Below are positions 1 to 12,200 of a stretch of DNA of 64,000 nt, one piece after another. A program made the position numbers and the translations under genes. Location of the stretch: the NCBI GenBank assembly GCA_963774265.1, contig CAVZDU010000006.1, forward strand, positions 32,001 to 96,000, written 5' to 3'. The notes beneath the pieces are model-generated. The model was not told the DNA's origin. It saw only the letters and a list, made by a program, of their open reading frames with translations, and did not search any database. This DNA is from an uncultured Chloroflexia bacterium. Lineage in GTDB: Bacteria; Chloroflexota; Anaerolineae; CG2-30-64-16. Numbering within the stretch: the first letter of the stretch is position 1; every line of letters starts with the position of its first letter.

Positions 1-3000
1 TTCGATGAGGTCGTCCGTCATGGCCCGGTCGAGCGCGGTTTGCAGGTCGCCGAAGAGAAGAGCAGCCGGGTCCGGCAATGCGGCCGCATCCACGGTCAGC
101 GTGCGCGGGCCGTACTCGTAGGCACCCAGGTCGCAGGCCGCGCCTGCCGGTCGGCTGCGGCCGCGCTGGTCCACCTGGCCGGTGCACTCAGTCGCGTCGC
201 TGTAGCCCACGTTGATCGCCGGGCTGGTCGACTTGATGGCGTAGCTCAACGTCGCGCCGCCGTTGTCACGCAAGGCTTCAAGCTGCGGGTCGCCGGGGAT
301 AGTCCCGCTGAGGCCACAAGGTGCGCCGTTCACAAGGTTCGTCGCGTCCGTGCCGATGTTGGTGGTGCACTGGGCGATCGTGCCTGGCGCCTAAGGATGG
401 AGCCGCCCATCGTTGCGGCGTCCAGATCAGTGTCGAGGTTGGCGATGCTCTGCCCGCTGGCGCTCGCGGTGTTCCCCGCGAATGTGGACCGCCGCACCGT
501 CAATAGCACGGCGCTTGCGGCGTTGTAGATGCCACCGCCGTCCGCGGCAGCGTTGCCAGACAGTGTGCTGTCGGCCACCGTGAGCGTGCCCGCGTTGTAG
601 ATGCCGCCGCCGCCGGCGCTGGCCCGGTTGTCATACACGGTGCTGCGGACAAGGTTCAGTGTGCCTTCGTTCTTGATGCCGCCGCCATCCGTCGCGCAGC
701 CGTAGCGGATGTTCAGGTCCTCGATCGTCACAGTTGAACCGGCCGGCACGTTGACGACGGTGTCCCCGGTGCACGCGCTGTCGGGCTTGGCCGTCGCGCC
801 CTGCACGAACCCCATGTGGGTGCCGGGCGTGTTCCAGTCGGGCATGGGGCCGCGCAGCGTCACGTCCTTGTTCAGGGTGACGTTCTCGGTGATGACGCCC
901 GAGACGACGATGATGTCGCCGTCCGCCGCGGTCTTCATCGCCTGCGCCACCGAGAGATACCGGCACCGGCTGCGCGGGCTGTTGTCCGACATATCGAGCG
1001 GCGGGCCGCAGACCGCCAGGATCTCCTTCCCGCGTTCGACGGAGCCGGGGTCGCACCAGTTCTCGTGCGTCTCCCAGCCCAGGCTGGGCCGCAGCCGTCC
1101 GCGCTGGTCCAGCGGGGCTGTGCCCAGCAGCTCGTCGCACGCGTTCACGGGGATGACGTCCAGGATCGGATTGGTGACCGTGCCCTCGGGCAGGTAGTTC
1201 TTCGTCTTGCCGCCGTTGAAGTCGAGCTCGCCCAGCTCGAAGGTGGCATTCTGCACGTCGGGCCGGCCGGCGGGCGCATCACCGAGGATGCAAGTGCCGT
1301 CGGCGATGTAGTTGAACCCGCCTGAGGTGATCACGTTCGAATACAAAAAGGAGCAGTGTCCGCGGGTGGGACTGGCAAAGATGTTGGCCGCGACTCGAGT
1401 CGCTCGTGAGCTCTGGAGGTAGAGACTGGCTCCCACATACTCGGTCGTGTTTCCCTTAATCGTGTTGAATCTGAGCGTCAGGTCGCCGCCGACATTGGCA
1501 ACCGCACCGCCCCAATGGGCGCTGTTACCGATGAAGGTGTTGTTGGCGATCGTGGCGGCGCCACTGCCGGCCACGTATACACCACCGCCAACGCCCTGGC
1601 CGTCATCGTTCGCGGAGTTGTTCTGCACGAGGCTGCCGACCAGGTTCATGCTCTGGCCAACGGCGCCGACGCCGCCGCCTCGGTTCGTCGTGGCGTGGTT
1701 GTTGGTGATGGTGCAGTATTCCACGTTGACGCGGGTGCCGGTGTTTGCCAGCACGCCCGCGTACCAGCTGCGCTGGCCGCCGGTGATGGTCAGATAGCGC
1801 AGCGTGACATCGGTGTTGCTGGTGCTGATATGGACCACGCCGCCCAGGCTCAGGGCGTCCAGAACCGTCGGATGCTCGACCGGATCGGGATCGGTCCACG
1901 GCTCGTCGTCAGCCGTCGAATACCCGCCCTCCATCGTGAGACTCTTGTTGATGACCAGCGTCCACGGGTCGCTGCCCGCGACGCCGGTGCAGTGGCCCGC
2001 CACCTTGACGGTTGCGCCGGCAGTGACCTGGTCTACCATCTGTTGCACGATGCGGGCGTTCGGGCCGGTCAGACCGTGTCTGCCCGATTTCGCCGCGCAA
2101 TTGACAGGCAGCACCTGCAGCTCGTACGCGCCCGAGTCGCAGAACGTGCCGCCGCCGCCGGGACGCGCATGCCCGAGCTGGTCCGTTGTATACGTGACGC
2201 TGCCTATCGTGCAGAGGCCGTTGTCTACCGCGACGCTGGTGCCCACTAAATGGTGCGTGCCATCCGCTCCCAGCGTCTCAAGCCCCGGATCAGTGATGCC
2301 TTTCCGGTCCAGTTGTGCGGTGAATGCGGTGACATCACCCACCCCGATCACGTTGCCGCCGCCGCTCGTGAGGCCCGCGACCGCCTTTACATCGCCGCCG
2401 TAGACATCCGTTGCGGTTCTGTTCTTTGCGATGATGCTGCTCGTCGGCTTCGTGGTTCCTGCGCCCGCGTACAGCCCGGCCCCCTGGGGCGCCTGGTTCT
2501 CGGTTACGGTCGTCAAGTTGAGCTTAACCGTCCCGCCCTCCACGCGCCCACCGCCGCCGGTTGCCGTCGCGGTGTTCGCGGAAATCGTGCTGTTCGACAC
2601 ATTCAGCGTTCCGGCGCTCGTGTACAGCCCGGCGCCGTCGGGAGCCGTGTTGTCGCGAATCGTCAGCGAGTTGAGGTTCATCGTGCCGGTGCCGCCGGTG
2701 CCCGCGCCGCCACCCGTCCCAGTCGTCCCAGTGGCCGTGTTGTGGTGGATAGCGCCGCCCGTGACCGTCAGCGTGCCGCCGTACGCATAGACGCCCCCGC
2801 CGGAGATGGAGGCGGTGTTGCTGGCAATCGTGCTGTTGGTGATGGTCGTCGTGCCCCCGGTGGTGCACACGCCGCCGCCGTACGCTGAAGTGCTGCTCGA
2901 GATCGTGCTGCCGCTCACCGTTGCCGTTCCGCCGGCAACGTGCAGCCCACCCCCGTTCACCCCGGCGAAGTTATCGGACAGCGTGACCGACGTCAGGTTC

Positions 3001-5756
3001 AGCGCGCCGGTGCCGGACACGTAGGCCCCCCCGCCGAGCGTTGACGCTTGGTTCCAGTCGTAAGGATCGTCTATCGTGCCGCCGATGGTCGTGCCGGTGG
3101 CGGTCAGGGTGCCGCCGGCTACCGACAACCCGCCGCCGGTCGGGGCCGAGTTGTGGCGAACGATCGTTGTGGCGTCCAGCGTGGCTGTACCGCCGGCCAC
3201 ATGCATGCCTCCGCCGGACGTTGCGGTGTTGCCCACCAACGTCGCTCCTGTCAGGGTCAGCGTGCCCGTGCCGGATACATACGCACCGCCTCCGTAATAC
3301 GTGCCGGCTCCAGTGCCGGCTGCCGTGTTGTACCCGATGGTGCTCCCAGTCACGGCCACCGTGCCGAGCGCGACGTAGAGGCCGGCCCCATTGGGCGCGG
3401 AGTTGAACGACGTCGACGTGGAGCCGAGGGTCACGGAGCCGGCTGCGATGTAGATGCCGCCACCTGCCGTCGTGGCCGTATTGCTCGTAATGCTGCCGGC
3501 AGTAGTCGTCATTGCGCCGCCGTACACGTAGACACCGGCGCCTTGGGCCGCCCGGTTGCCGACGATGGTTGCCCCGGTGGTCGACATCTGGAGCGTGCCG
3601 CTGGCCGAGACGTAGACCCCACCGCCGTTAGCCGAAGCCACGTTGCCTTCGCCCGACGCCGTGCTGCCGATCTGCGCGCTGGTCACGCTCAGGGCGCCGC
3701 CCATGTCGTAGAGGCCCGCGCCATTGACTGCGGTGTTGCCGTAGACCAGGACGGTCGAGTTGAGCGTAGCCGTGCCGCCGAGCTGATAGACTCCTCCGCC
3801 GTCACCGGTGGCCGTGTTGCCTTCGCCGGCGTTCCGGTAGCCGATCTTGCCGCCGTTCACGGTCAACGTGCCGCCGCCCATGTAGATGCCGCCGCCATGC
3901 CTCTCCGCCGAGTTGCCGAGGACCGCGCTATTGGTGAGGGTCAGCGCACCGCTGACCAGGTGGATGGCGCCGCCGTTGTCGTCGTTACCCGTGTAGGTGC
4001 CGCTGGTGGCGGTGTTGCCCGAGAAGGTGCTGCCGCTGATCGTCCCCGTGTGGCCATTGACCAGTAGGCCGCCGCCCATATACGCGGTGTTGTCTGTCAC
4101 CTGGCAGTTCGTGAGGGTGAAGTCGCCGTTCGTGAAGATGCCGCCGCCCGCGGAGCTGAAGCCCTGCGCGGACTCGCCGATCGTGGCCGTGTTACCGGTC
4201 ACCGTGCAGTTGGTCATGTTCAGGGTGCCCGAGGCAGAAATGCCGCCGCCGCTGGCATTCCAATAGCCGCTGGAGGGATTCACAAACCCCGTCTCGTTGT
4301 CTGAGACGGTGCAGTCGGTCATCGTCAAGGTCGCGGCCGACCTGATGCCGCCGCCACTGTATCCGGCGCGGTTGTTGGTGACGTAGACGTTGGTGAGGGT
4401 CGTCACCATGCGGGTTCTCAACGCTCCGCCGCTGCTACCTTCGTGTTGGCTGCCAATGGGGGGATCCTGTTCGTTCGGGAGCGCGCTTGAATCCCCATTG
4501 GTCAGCGTGAGGTCTTTGATCACCAGCGCGCCGATACCCTCCGGGGCATACACCACCCGTCCGGCCCCCTGCGCATCCAGCACAGTGTTGTACAAGATGG
4601 GATCGTGCGCGGTAAAGCTGCTGTCCCAGCCACCTTCTAGCGTCATGGTTGCATTCGCGCTCATAGACGGAATTTGCACGGTCTGAATTAATGCACCGCC
4701 TCCGTCTACCCCTGCGCAGACGCCGGAGATGCGCACCGTCCCGCCGGCCGCACCGAGGGCGTCGACGGCCTGTTGCACAGCCTCGTGAAACGGGGACGGG
4801 ATAGTCGGCTCAACCTGACCATTGGGACGCACTGGTTGGGCAAGGCAGGGTTGCGCGGCCAACGTCCTTACCTCCGCCGCAGTAAGCGCCCGCGCGTACA
4901 CGCCTGCCTCGTCGATGGTGCCTCCGTAGTGCCAGGGCCAGGTCCCCGCCTCTCGCTTTCCGATCCAGAGTTCGCCGCTTCCTGTGTACCAGGAGGTGGG
5001 GAAGTCCTCGTTGACCTGGGCGCCATCCACATAGAGTCGCCGCCGATTGTGTCCGGCCCCGTCATAGTTGTAATCGGCGGTGCAAGCCACGTGGTGCCAG
5101 GCCTTGGGGTTGGGCAAGGTGTAGGTCAGATCGTTGTTCCAGAACGAGCACGTCAGAATGCCGATGTTCGGGTAAGAGGTGTTGATGTCAATGCCAAGAG
5201 TCAGCCCCTGGTTCTGTGTATTATTGCCCTGCCAGAATATCGCCGACTTGCCTTTCTCCCACTTCACCCACGCGACCAGGGAGAAGCTGGCTTGGCTGGA
5301 AATGGTCGGGCCCGGAGCGACGGAGATCCAGTCGTTATCGCCGTCAAACCAGACGCTGCCGGCATCGATCATGGTGGTCGGCGCAGTCTCGTCGGGTTTC
5401 CAGACGGGTATGTCCTCGCCCGCGCCATCCCCGCCGAGCATGCCGGGATGATCGTGCGCGGATGCATCGGCCGCGGTGGTTCCGGTGGTCTCGTCGAACT
5501 TCCACCAGCCCCACGCGCCGAGCGTGATCGAGTCATCCGGGGCCGCGGGCGCCTGGGGCGCTTCGGGCGCGGCCACGTCAACGGTGGGCGCCGCAGCCGC
5601 CGGTGCCGCGGCCCGGTCATCCTCCGCGGGCATCGCGGGCGCGGCCGCGAGATGCATCGTACCGGCGCCGCACAGCAGGAGAGAGATGACCACCATGGCG
5701 GCCGATATCCGGGACCCCACCGCCGGTTCACCGTCGATGATCAGAAGTGCATTTCA
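1..5756 (-). CDS. Giant secreted protein: LamG/concanavalin domain, polymorphic-membrane-protein-like GG(A/G)(I/V/L) beta-helix repeats and repeated choice-of-anchor-Q-like modules; runs off the left edge
   Basis: ORF 330..5720 has a signal peptide, a LamG pattern (WKFDE...DAS...FDGDND...FSLVAWVK...WHHVA...LYVDG...GTIDEAGVYARAL), many N-x-A-x-x-GGG repeats, and DQ(L/R)G..RP...CD.G(A/S)(Y/V)E motifs at ~2120-2190 and ~1030-1110. After an indel near 390 another frame continues (VDQRGRSRPAGAACDLGAYE at ~115-175) to base 1. A GGAGA RBS precedes an out-of-frame ATG near 5756, so the true start is probably there. Confidence 0.85.
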
Positions 5757-8437
5757 TGGTATGTTCTCCCTTGCCTGGCGCCTGCCAGGCCACTGTCCGC
5801 TGGTGCGGCGTTCACTTGTCGTAATCCTGGGCAGATGAACTCGTCACCCGGCAGTACATGGCGGATGACAAAGTAGCCCTTGACGGTAATATCGTTACGG
5901 TGCAGGCCTTCGATGACCTCGGCGTAATCGCCGCCCCAGTTCTGCCCGCCCCAGTCCAGCTGGGCGCTCAGCCGCTGGACCTCCGCGGGGGTCATGCCCT
6001 CGAAAGCCGGCTCATTCTTGAGCGTCAGCGAGACGGTCCGCTTGACCGCGAAGGACTCCCACAGGTAGGGGCTGAGTTGCGTCGGATCGTACGGCTCGAA
6101 CTTCGCGTCCAGGTTGTCATGGTCCGGGTTGTACTTATGCTTGAAGGGGTTGAGCGGGTCCTGCCCGGTAATGTCGATCGAGAACTTTATCTCGTTGCCT
6201 GCGGCAAATGCAACCGAGCCGTTGACTGCGTCGCCGATGGACAATGCCGGGCTGCTCAGTCGCGGGAACGCGGGCCCGTCGGTCGTCTCGGCGAAAGCGT
6301 AATGCGGCAGCAGTTCTGCAACCCCGTTGTTCAGCAACTCGCAGCAGCAGGCGGAAGCGGAACTCGCTGCCGCCCCCGTCCGCGAACTTGGTCGGTGCAC
6401 CGACGACGATGTCACCGCACGCCACCACCTGGGACAACCGCTCGACCACGATATGATGCTGCTGGCCGGTGAGAACCGTGAGCGTCGTGGGCACGCGGTT
6501 AGCTGTAGCTGGCCATTGATGGCCGTGCCCGTCGCTATCACGTCGCTGGGAAGTGCCGGGTGATGTGCAGGTCCCCGCGCGGAGTTTCACGGTGTGCGCG
6601 ACCGCATAGCCGAAGTTGATCGCCGGCTGGACGCGCGCGCCCGTCGCATCGAAATACGGGAGGGTGGTGTACGGCTCGGGCAGCACCTGGGCCAGGTATC
6701 CGGCGATCCGGGGGGCGACCCCACCGATGCCGTCCGCTGCCACCGTCACGCTCGCCGGAAGGAAGTTGGCCACCGGCGACACCGGTTCCACATCGTCAGG
6801 CAGTATCACATCAAACGACGCCGTATAGCCGTCCCCCACAGTGGCGGAAATGGCGTGGTCGCCCGCGCCAACTCCCGAGAAGACATAGGAGCCGTCGGCC
6901 GCGGTGGTCTGATCCGGGCTGCCGCCCAACGTAACCGTGACCCCGCTCAGGCCTCGCTCCGTGGCATCGCGCTGCCCGTTGAGGTTCTCGTCCAGGAACA
7001 CGTAGCCGCCAACGTACGGCGTGGTTCCCTGGATCGACTGCACGGGGGCCGGCGTGGGCAAGGGGAGCGAGAGCGTGACCGTGATGTCGACGCTTGTGGT
7101 CGAACCCACCGCCTTTTCGTGCATCTGTGCGGAGCCGCGCGTGAGGGAGGCGTTCCGCTGGTCCAGGGCGATGGTCAGGTCGGACTCTCCGGTGCCGCCC
7201 AGCCGCGCCTCGCTCACATTGTTGACCACCACCTCGCCGACCCACAGACCGTCGTATGAGCCGGGTTTCGCCGCGATCGGCACGAGCCAGCGGATGCCCG
7301 GCGAACTGATCTCCAGCACGTCTTCGGCGGCCGCGGGCAGGTCTGCCGAGTCCACCTGCAGCACAATGGATTCCGCACGGTTAGCATTCACGGTGACGTC
7401 AACGGGAAGCCGCGTCAGCACCTCGCTCCCTGATGTGCTCGTCACCTGGCTGATGATGAGGGAACTGTTTTTCAGGCTAAGATTGACCGTCACGTTAGCA
7501 TTCGTCAGGTTCTCAAGCTCAAAGACCTGCCGCCTGCCCTGGTAGCCGGCCTGGAACGCCAGACCGTCGCTCGCGACCTCCAGCACATCCAGCGGCGCGG
7601 TAAAGTTCTGCCGGCCGTCTGCACCCGGGTCCCCATAGTAGACCAGGTAGCTTTGGCCGGATTGCAGCGCGGCGCCGTCAGCGAGCTCCGTCCAGTTGCC
7701 GTCGGTCGTCAGGCCGCGGATATGAGTGATCGGTGAAAAGTCCTTCATTGTTTTTACCGTGGCCCCACCCGTGGCCGGCAGAGGGAAGCCGGCCACGTTG
7801 TATGCATCCAGCGCCCAGCGGTGGTGGCCGACCACCGGCTTGCCCTGGACATGGATGGTGCCGCTGGTCCCCGGCTTGAGCTTCACGAGGTAGCCCGTGT
7901 TGGCGTGCAGGGTGTAGAGATTGCTCAGGAAGCCTTGCGACTTGCCATCCGCGCCGGTCTTCTCCGCCGGCACATAGCGCTCCCACCCCGGCTCGTCCCA
8001 CAACCCCTCGCTGGGATCGATCATGTAGTCCTTGTGGGAGACCGGCTGATTGTAGGCCCACACGCTTTCGAGGGCGCCGCTCTCCGCCAGGCCCTTGAAG
8101 ACCCACTCGATGACCGACATCTTGGGGACCCCGTCGCTGTTCACGGGCGCGATCCGTTTATCGGCTCGACCGCGAGGTAGATCGCGTTCCACCCCGCGCC
8201 CAGCGCAAATTGCTGCGTCACGATTGCGCCGGCCATCGTCTCGCTGACCTCAGCCGGCGCCACCGCTGCGCTACTCATCCGCTGCGTCTCCACAACCGCC
8301 GCGGGGAGCGCCGGTGGCGGCGCGGCGCGGGGCGCTTCGGCCACCGCCGCGGGTGAGAAGGACGACCGCACCGCCAGCGCCAGCAGGATCAGCACGGCCA
8401 GGCCCAGGATCATCCCAATGCCTTGTTTTGTTTTCAT
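5741..8437 (-). CDS. Uncharacterised secreted protein with inserted SdrD-B-like Ig domain (frameshifted; ORFs 8141..8437, 6135..8192, 5741..6541)
   Basis: Signal peptide MKTKQGIGMILGLAVLILL. Coherent blocks run across frames: QQFALGAGWNAIYL, FLSNLYTLHANTGYLVKL, GLWVGEVVVNNVSE, FRFRLLL, NPFKHKYNPDHDNLD, WGGDYAEVIEGLH. SdrD-B-like segment GYVFLDENLNGQRDATERGLSGVTVTL...TTAADGSYVF. Confidence 0.75.
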
Positions 8438-8469
8438 CAGAAGTACCTCCGGTCAGCTTTGCGACTGGC

Positions 8470-9069
8470 TCACGGCGTCACGGCGAAGCGCGACACCAGG
8501 GGCAGAAACAGGGTGTACGTCGGCGCAGGCGGCGACCCGATCTCGATGGTGATGCGGCCACCTTGCGCGGTGACCGCCAGCGGATTGGCGTCGACGTCGG
8601 CGAAGGTCTGCACCTGCACGCCCAGGTCCGCGTACGCAGGCGGCTGCACCCCTGAGGCCGCCTGCCAGGTAATGTTCACAAGTGCGACGGGCGTTTCGCC
8701 CGCGCTCACGCCCTGGAGCGACACGACGTTGAAAAGCACTGCGTCCGCGGTCCCGTCCGCATTGCGATCGTACGCAGTATTGCAGAGGCCGACATCGAAA
8801 GCCGTGTTGCGTTGGCAGGCCGCGGCCTTCACGCTCGCAGGGTCGTAGGTGACGAGGACCGTTGCTGCACCGAGCTTCTGGACGTTGGTAACCTGAATGG
8901 GCAGCGCGACGGCCGGTCCGGGGACTAACAGCGTGCCGTTCGCGGCCTGAACCAACGCGGTGGCGTCAGGAGCCGGGTCAGGCATCGGTGGAGCGGCACG
9001 CAGGGGAACGCCGGGGATAAGAGCGCCGATGAGCATGACCAACAAGATTAATGTTCGAGGTGGGGACAT
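8470..9069 (-). CDS. Secreted cohesin-like domain protein with C-terminal LFLPLVSR motif
   Basis: Signal peptide; cohesin-like pattern (LPIQVTNVQKLGAATVLVTYDP...LVNITW...LGVQVQTFADVDANPL...GGRITI); Pro linker then LFLPLVSR. Confidence 0.7.
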   Translation of the reverse strand: MSPPRTLILLVMLIGALIPGVPLRAAPPMPDPAPDATALVQAANGTLLVPGPAVALPIQVTNVQKLGAATVLVTYDPASVKAAACQRNTAFDVGLCNTAYDRNADGTADAVLFNVVSLQGVSAGETPVALVNITWQAASGVQPPAYADLGVQVQTFADVDANPLAVTAQGGRITIEIGSPPAPTYTLFLPLVSRFAVTP

Positions 9070-9416
9070 GGGTCTTCCTCCGGGGTCAGCGCCAGCGCGC
9101 GCACCAGATCATCCATCGTCAGCAGTTGAGTCTGCTCCCCGGATAGCACCAGCATGTGATTGTTTCCGAGATCGAAGCCCAGCAGGGTCACGCACTGATG
9201 CGCCAGGGGCCGCAAGAGGGTGTTGTCAGGGATCCCCCCGGCCAGATCGAAGATCACGGTCCTGGGTTCGAAGGCGAGGATGCGCGTCGCAACTTCGGCC
9301 GCGGTTTCAGAGGCAATCGGCGCACGGAGCAACTCTATGTCCGGTAACGCGCCAAGCGCCGCCGCGATGCTGTTTATCGCCACCGATTGGCCGTAAATGA
9401 CGATGCGACGGTTCAT
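9048..9416 (-). CDS. Small stand-alone degenerate receiver-like protein
   Basis: 122 aa alpha/beta pattern: RIVIYG...PRTVIFDL resembles the receiver PDVVxxD segment, but the N-terminal acidic pair is missing. Overlaps the cohesin gene start. Confidence 0.55.
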   Translation of the reverse strand: MNRRIVIYGQSVAINSIAAALGALPDIELLRAPIASETAAEVATRILAFEPRTVIFDLAGGIPDNTLLRPLAHQCVTLLGFDLGNNHMLVLSGEQTQLLTMDDLVRALALTPEEDPCPHLEH

Positions 9417-9480
9417 TAGCGGGTGCCTTAGGGAGAGGAGGACAGAAATCTTCCGCTAACAGGATAGCGCGTTGCGCGGA

Positions 9481-9543
9481 ATTGTCACTGTCCTCCGGCC
9501 TCGTACAAATATTGTCCTAAGTTCACGCTAAGTGCAGACTAAG
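9481..9543 (-). promoter_or_regulatory. Putative regulator-binding repeats upstream of the surface-protein operon
   Basis: CTAAG at 9517, 9528 and 9539 (exact 11-bp period); ATTGTC at 9481 and 9511. Confidence 0.35.
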
Positions 9544-9561
9544 CGCGAGAAGTCGGGGAGA

Positions 9562-10221
9562 TCAGGGGTTGCCGGCCATGCCGTGAGCGCGCGCGAAGGC
9601 GGCGGCTTCGGCCCGGTTATGTAGATGCAGCAGGGCAATAATCTCGCCCATGTGGTATTTAACGGTGCGCTCGGAGATGCAGAGGTGACGCGCCACCTCT
9701 TTGTATGGCTGCCCGCTGGCGACCAGGGTGAGCACCTGGACCTGGCGCTGCGACAGCTCGTCGGGGATATCGGCTTCAGCCGTGGGCGCATCCGATCCCC
9801 GCTCGCTCAGCCGCGAGAACTCCCCCAGGACGCGCTGTGCAAGCTCCGGCGCGAGCGCGGCCCGCCCCTGGGCCAGCTCGTCCAGCGCCTGGTAGAACTC
9901 GGTGACGTCCTGCGTCTTCAGCAGGTAGCCGCACGCGCCCGCGCGAATCGCCTGGAACAGGTCTTCGTCCTCGGCGGACATGGTGAGCATGACCACCCGC
10001 ACATCGGGATACTCAGCTTTGATAAGGCGGGTGGCGTCCAGCCCGTTGCAGCGAGGCATCTGGATGTCCATCAGCACGACATCGGGGTTCAGCACACGCA
10101 CCTGGGCCAGCGCCTCCAGCCCATCGCGGGCGGTGCCGGCAACCTCGATGCCGTAAGCAGACAGCATCTGTCGCAGACCTTCGAGGAACAAGGGATGATC
10201 GTCTACCAACAACGGGCGCAT
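9562..10221 (-). CDS. NarL/LuxR-family response regulator
   Basis: LLVDDHPLF...PDVVLMDIQMP...GYLLK receiver domain; LSQRQVQVL...ISERTVKYH LuxR HTH. Confidence 0.95.
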   Translation of the reverse strand: MRPLLVDDHPLFLEGLRQMLSAYGIEVAGTARDGLEALAQVRVLNPDVVLMDIQMPRCNGLDATRLIKAEYPDVRVVMLTMSAEDEDLFQAIRAGACGYLLKTQDVTEFYQALDELAQGRAALAPELAQRVLGEFSRLSERGSDAPTAEADIPDELSQRQVQVLTLVASGQPYKEVARHLCISERTVKYHMGEIIALLHLHNRAEAAAFARAHGMAGNP

Positions 10222-10415
10222 TGCGATCCTTCCTCTGGGTTCAGCAACATGATATCATATGCTCCGAGCTTTACCCGAATCCGTGCCAATGCGCCAGCGG
10301 TTGACACTGGCGCCTGCGCGGCGGCTTGCCGTCACACGATTCGACGCAACGCACCGAATCCTCACATTATGTGGTATAGTTGTCTTAACTCGTCTCTCCA
10401 TTGAGGGGACCATCC

Positions 10416-12120
10416 ATGCCTGGCGCTTACGCCTACACCGCATCCATCTGGCCGCCGCTGGCCGCCGCCGTCTCTCTGGCCGTCCTCGGCCGGTACAGCT
10501 GGCGGCGTCGCAGCGTGCCCGCCGCGCTGCCGCTCGCAGCATGCGCGCTGGTTGGCGCGCTGTGGCTGCTGGGACTCGCCTTCGAAGCCGCTGCCGTTGC
10601 CCCGGCCACGAAGATCCTCTGGCACAAGTTTCAGGCCGCCTGGCACATGCCTACGGCCGCCACCATGACCTGTTTCGCGCTGGAATACGTCTATCCCGGC
10701 CGCTGGCTGACGCGCCGTAACCTGGGCTTGCTTGCGCTGGCTTCGCTGATGGCCCTGCTCCTGATCGTCCTCAACGATGCACAGCTCATGTGGCGCAGCC
10801 TGCAGGTCGGCCCGGATGGCATGGTTGTACGGTCCTTTGCCACACCGGGCCTGATCCTGATGGCCTGCGGGCTCGGCCTGGTCCTGGTCAACATCGCGGC
10901 TTTCCTTTGGCTGTTCATCCGCTCGCCGCAGCATCGCTGGCCCGTGGCGCTGATGCTGTTCGCAGAGATCGCGAGTCGCGGCCTGTACGTGCTGGATATC
11001 TCCCAGACGGTTTCGCCGACCTTTCCCGAACCCATGTTCGCCGGCTTTCTCATGATCTGGACCACGTATGCCATTGCCCTGTTCGGCTTCCGGATCCTGG
11101 ACCCGCTGCCGGCCGCGCGTGCGACAGCCCTCGCGCAGATGCCGGAAGGCATGGTCGTCTTCGATGCGCGCTGGCGCGTGGCCAATCTGAACCCCGCAGC
11201 CGCGACCATGCTGTCGATCTCGCCAGCACGCGCCCGCGGCAAGACCTTCGCCGAGCTCCTGCCCGCCATCCCCGACTTGAGCGCGCGCCTCGCCGGCGCC
11301 CCCGCCGCGGGCAGCAGATCCCATCGAGATCCACCTGGGTGCAGGACCCAGCGTCCGGCTCTACGCCCTCAACCTCTCTCTGCTCAGTGACTTTCGCGGG
11401 TTGACCATCGGCCACCTGCTCCTGCTGCGCGATGTCACCGAGCGGCGGAGGGCCCAGGCGCAGCTCCGGGAGCAGCAGGCCGCGTTGGCCGCGATCGCCG
11501 AGCGTGAGCAGATGGCGCGTGAACTGCACGATGGCCTGGGCCAGGTGCTCGCCTACGTCAAGATGCAGGCCCAGTCCGCACGCAACCTGTTGGCCCAGGA
11601 CCGCCCGGCCGAGGCGGACGCGCAGTTAGCCGGTCTGTTGGCCGCGGCCCAGGACGCCCATGCCGACGTGCGCGACTACATCCTCATGGCCAGCGGCGCC
11701 TCACCCATCGAGCTCGGCTTCCATGCCTCGCTTCAACAGTACCTGCACCGCTTCAGCCGGACCCACCCCATCCGCACCGAGTTCGAGATGTCCCCGGAAG
11801 TGCCGGACGACCCGTTCGAACCCACCGTGGCGGTGCAGTTGCTGCGCATCATCCAGGAGGCCCTCACCAACGCGGCCAAGCACGCCCACGCCGCGGAGGC
11901 GCGGGTCAGCCTGGCCGCCCGCGACGGCACGGCCGAGGTCACCATCACGGACGACGGCCAGGGGTTCGATCCGCAGCAGGCCGGTGGCGACGGGTTCGGA
12001 CTGCGCTTCATGGCAGAGCGCGCAGGGGCGGTGGGGGGCGACCTTCACGTGTATTCCGCGTCCGGTCGCGGCGCGACGGTCCTGGTGCGGGTCCCCTTCA
12101 GAAAGAACGGCAGCCCATGA
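10416..12120 (+). CDS. Sensor histidine kinase: HisKA_7TM-like membrane domain, PAS, HisKA_3/HATPase (frameshift ~11300-11400)
   Basis: Multiple TM segments; PAS (MPEGMVVFDARWRVANLNPAA...LLLLRDVTERR); EREQMARELHDGLGQ; QEALTNAAKH; DDGQGF; GFGLRFMAERA. Confidence 0.9.
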
Positions 12121-12200
12121 TGCTGGGCAATGCCCAACGACATGCGGCGATCTCGGGGATTCCTGTTGACAAAAGGCATCCAATGTGATGGGATTCCGTC

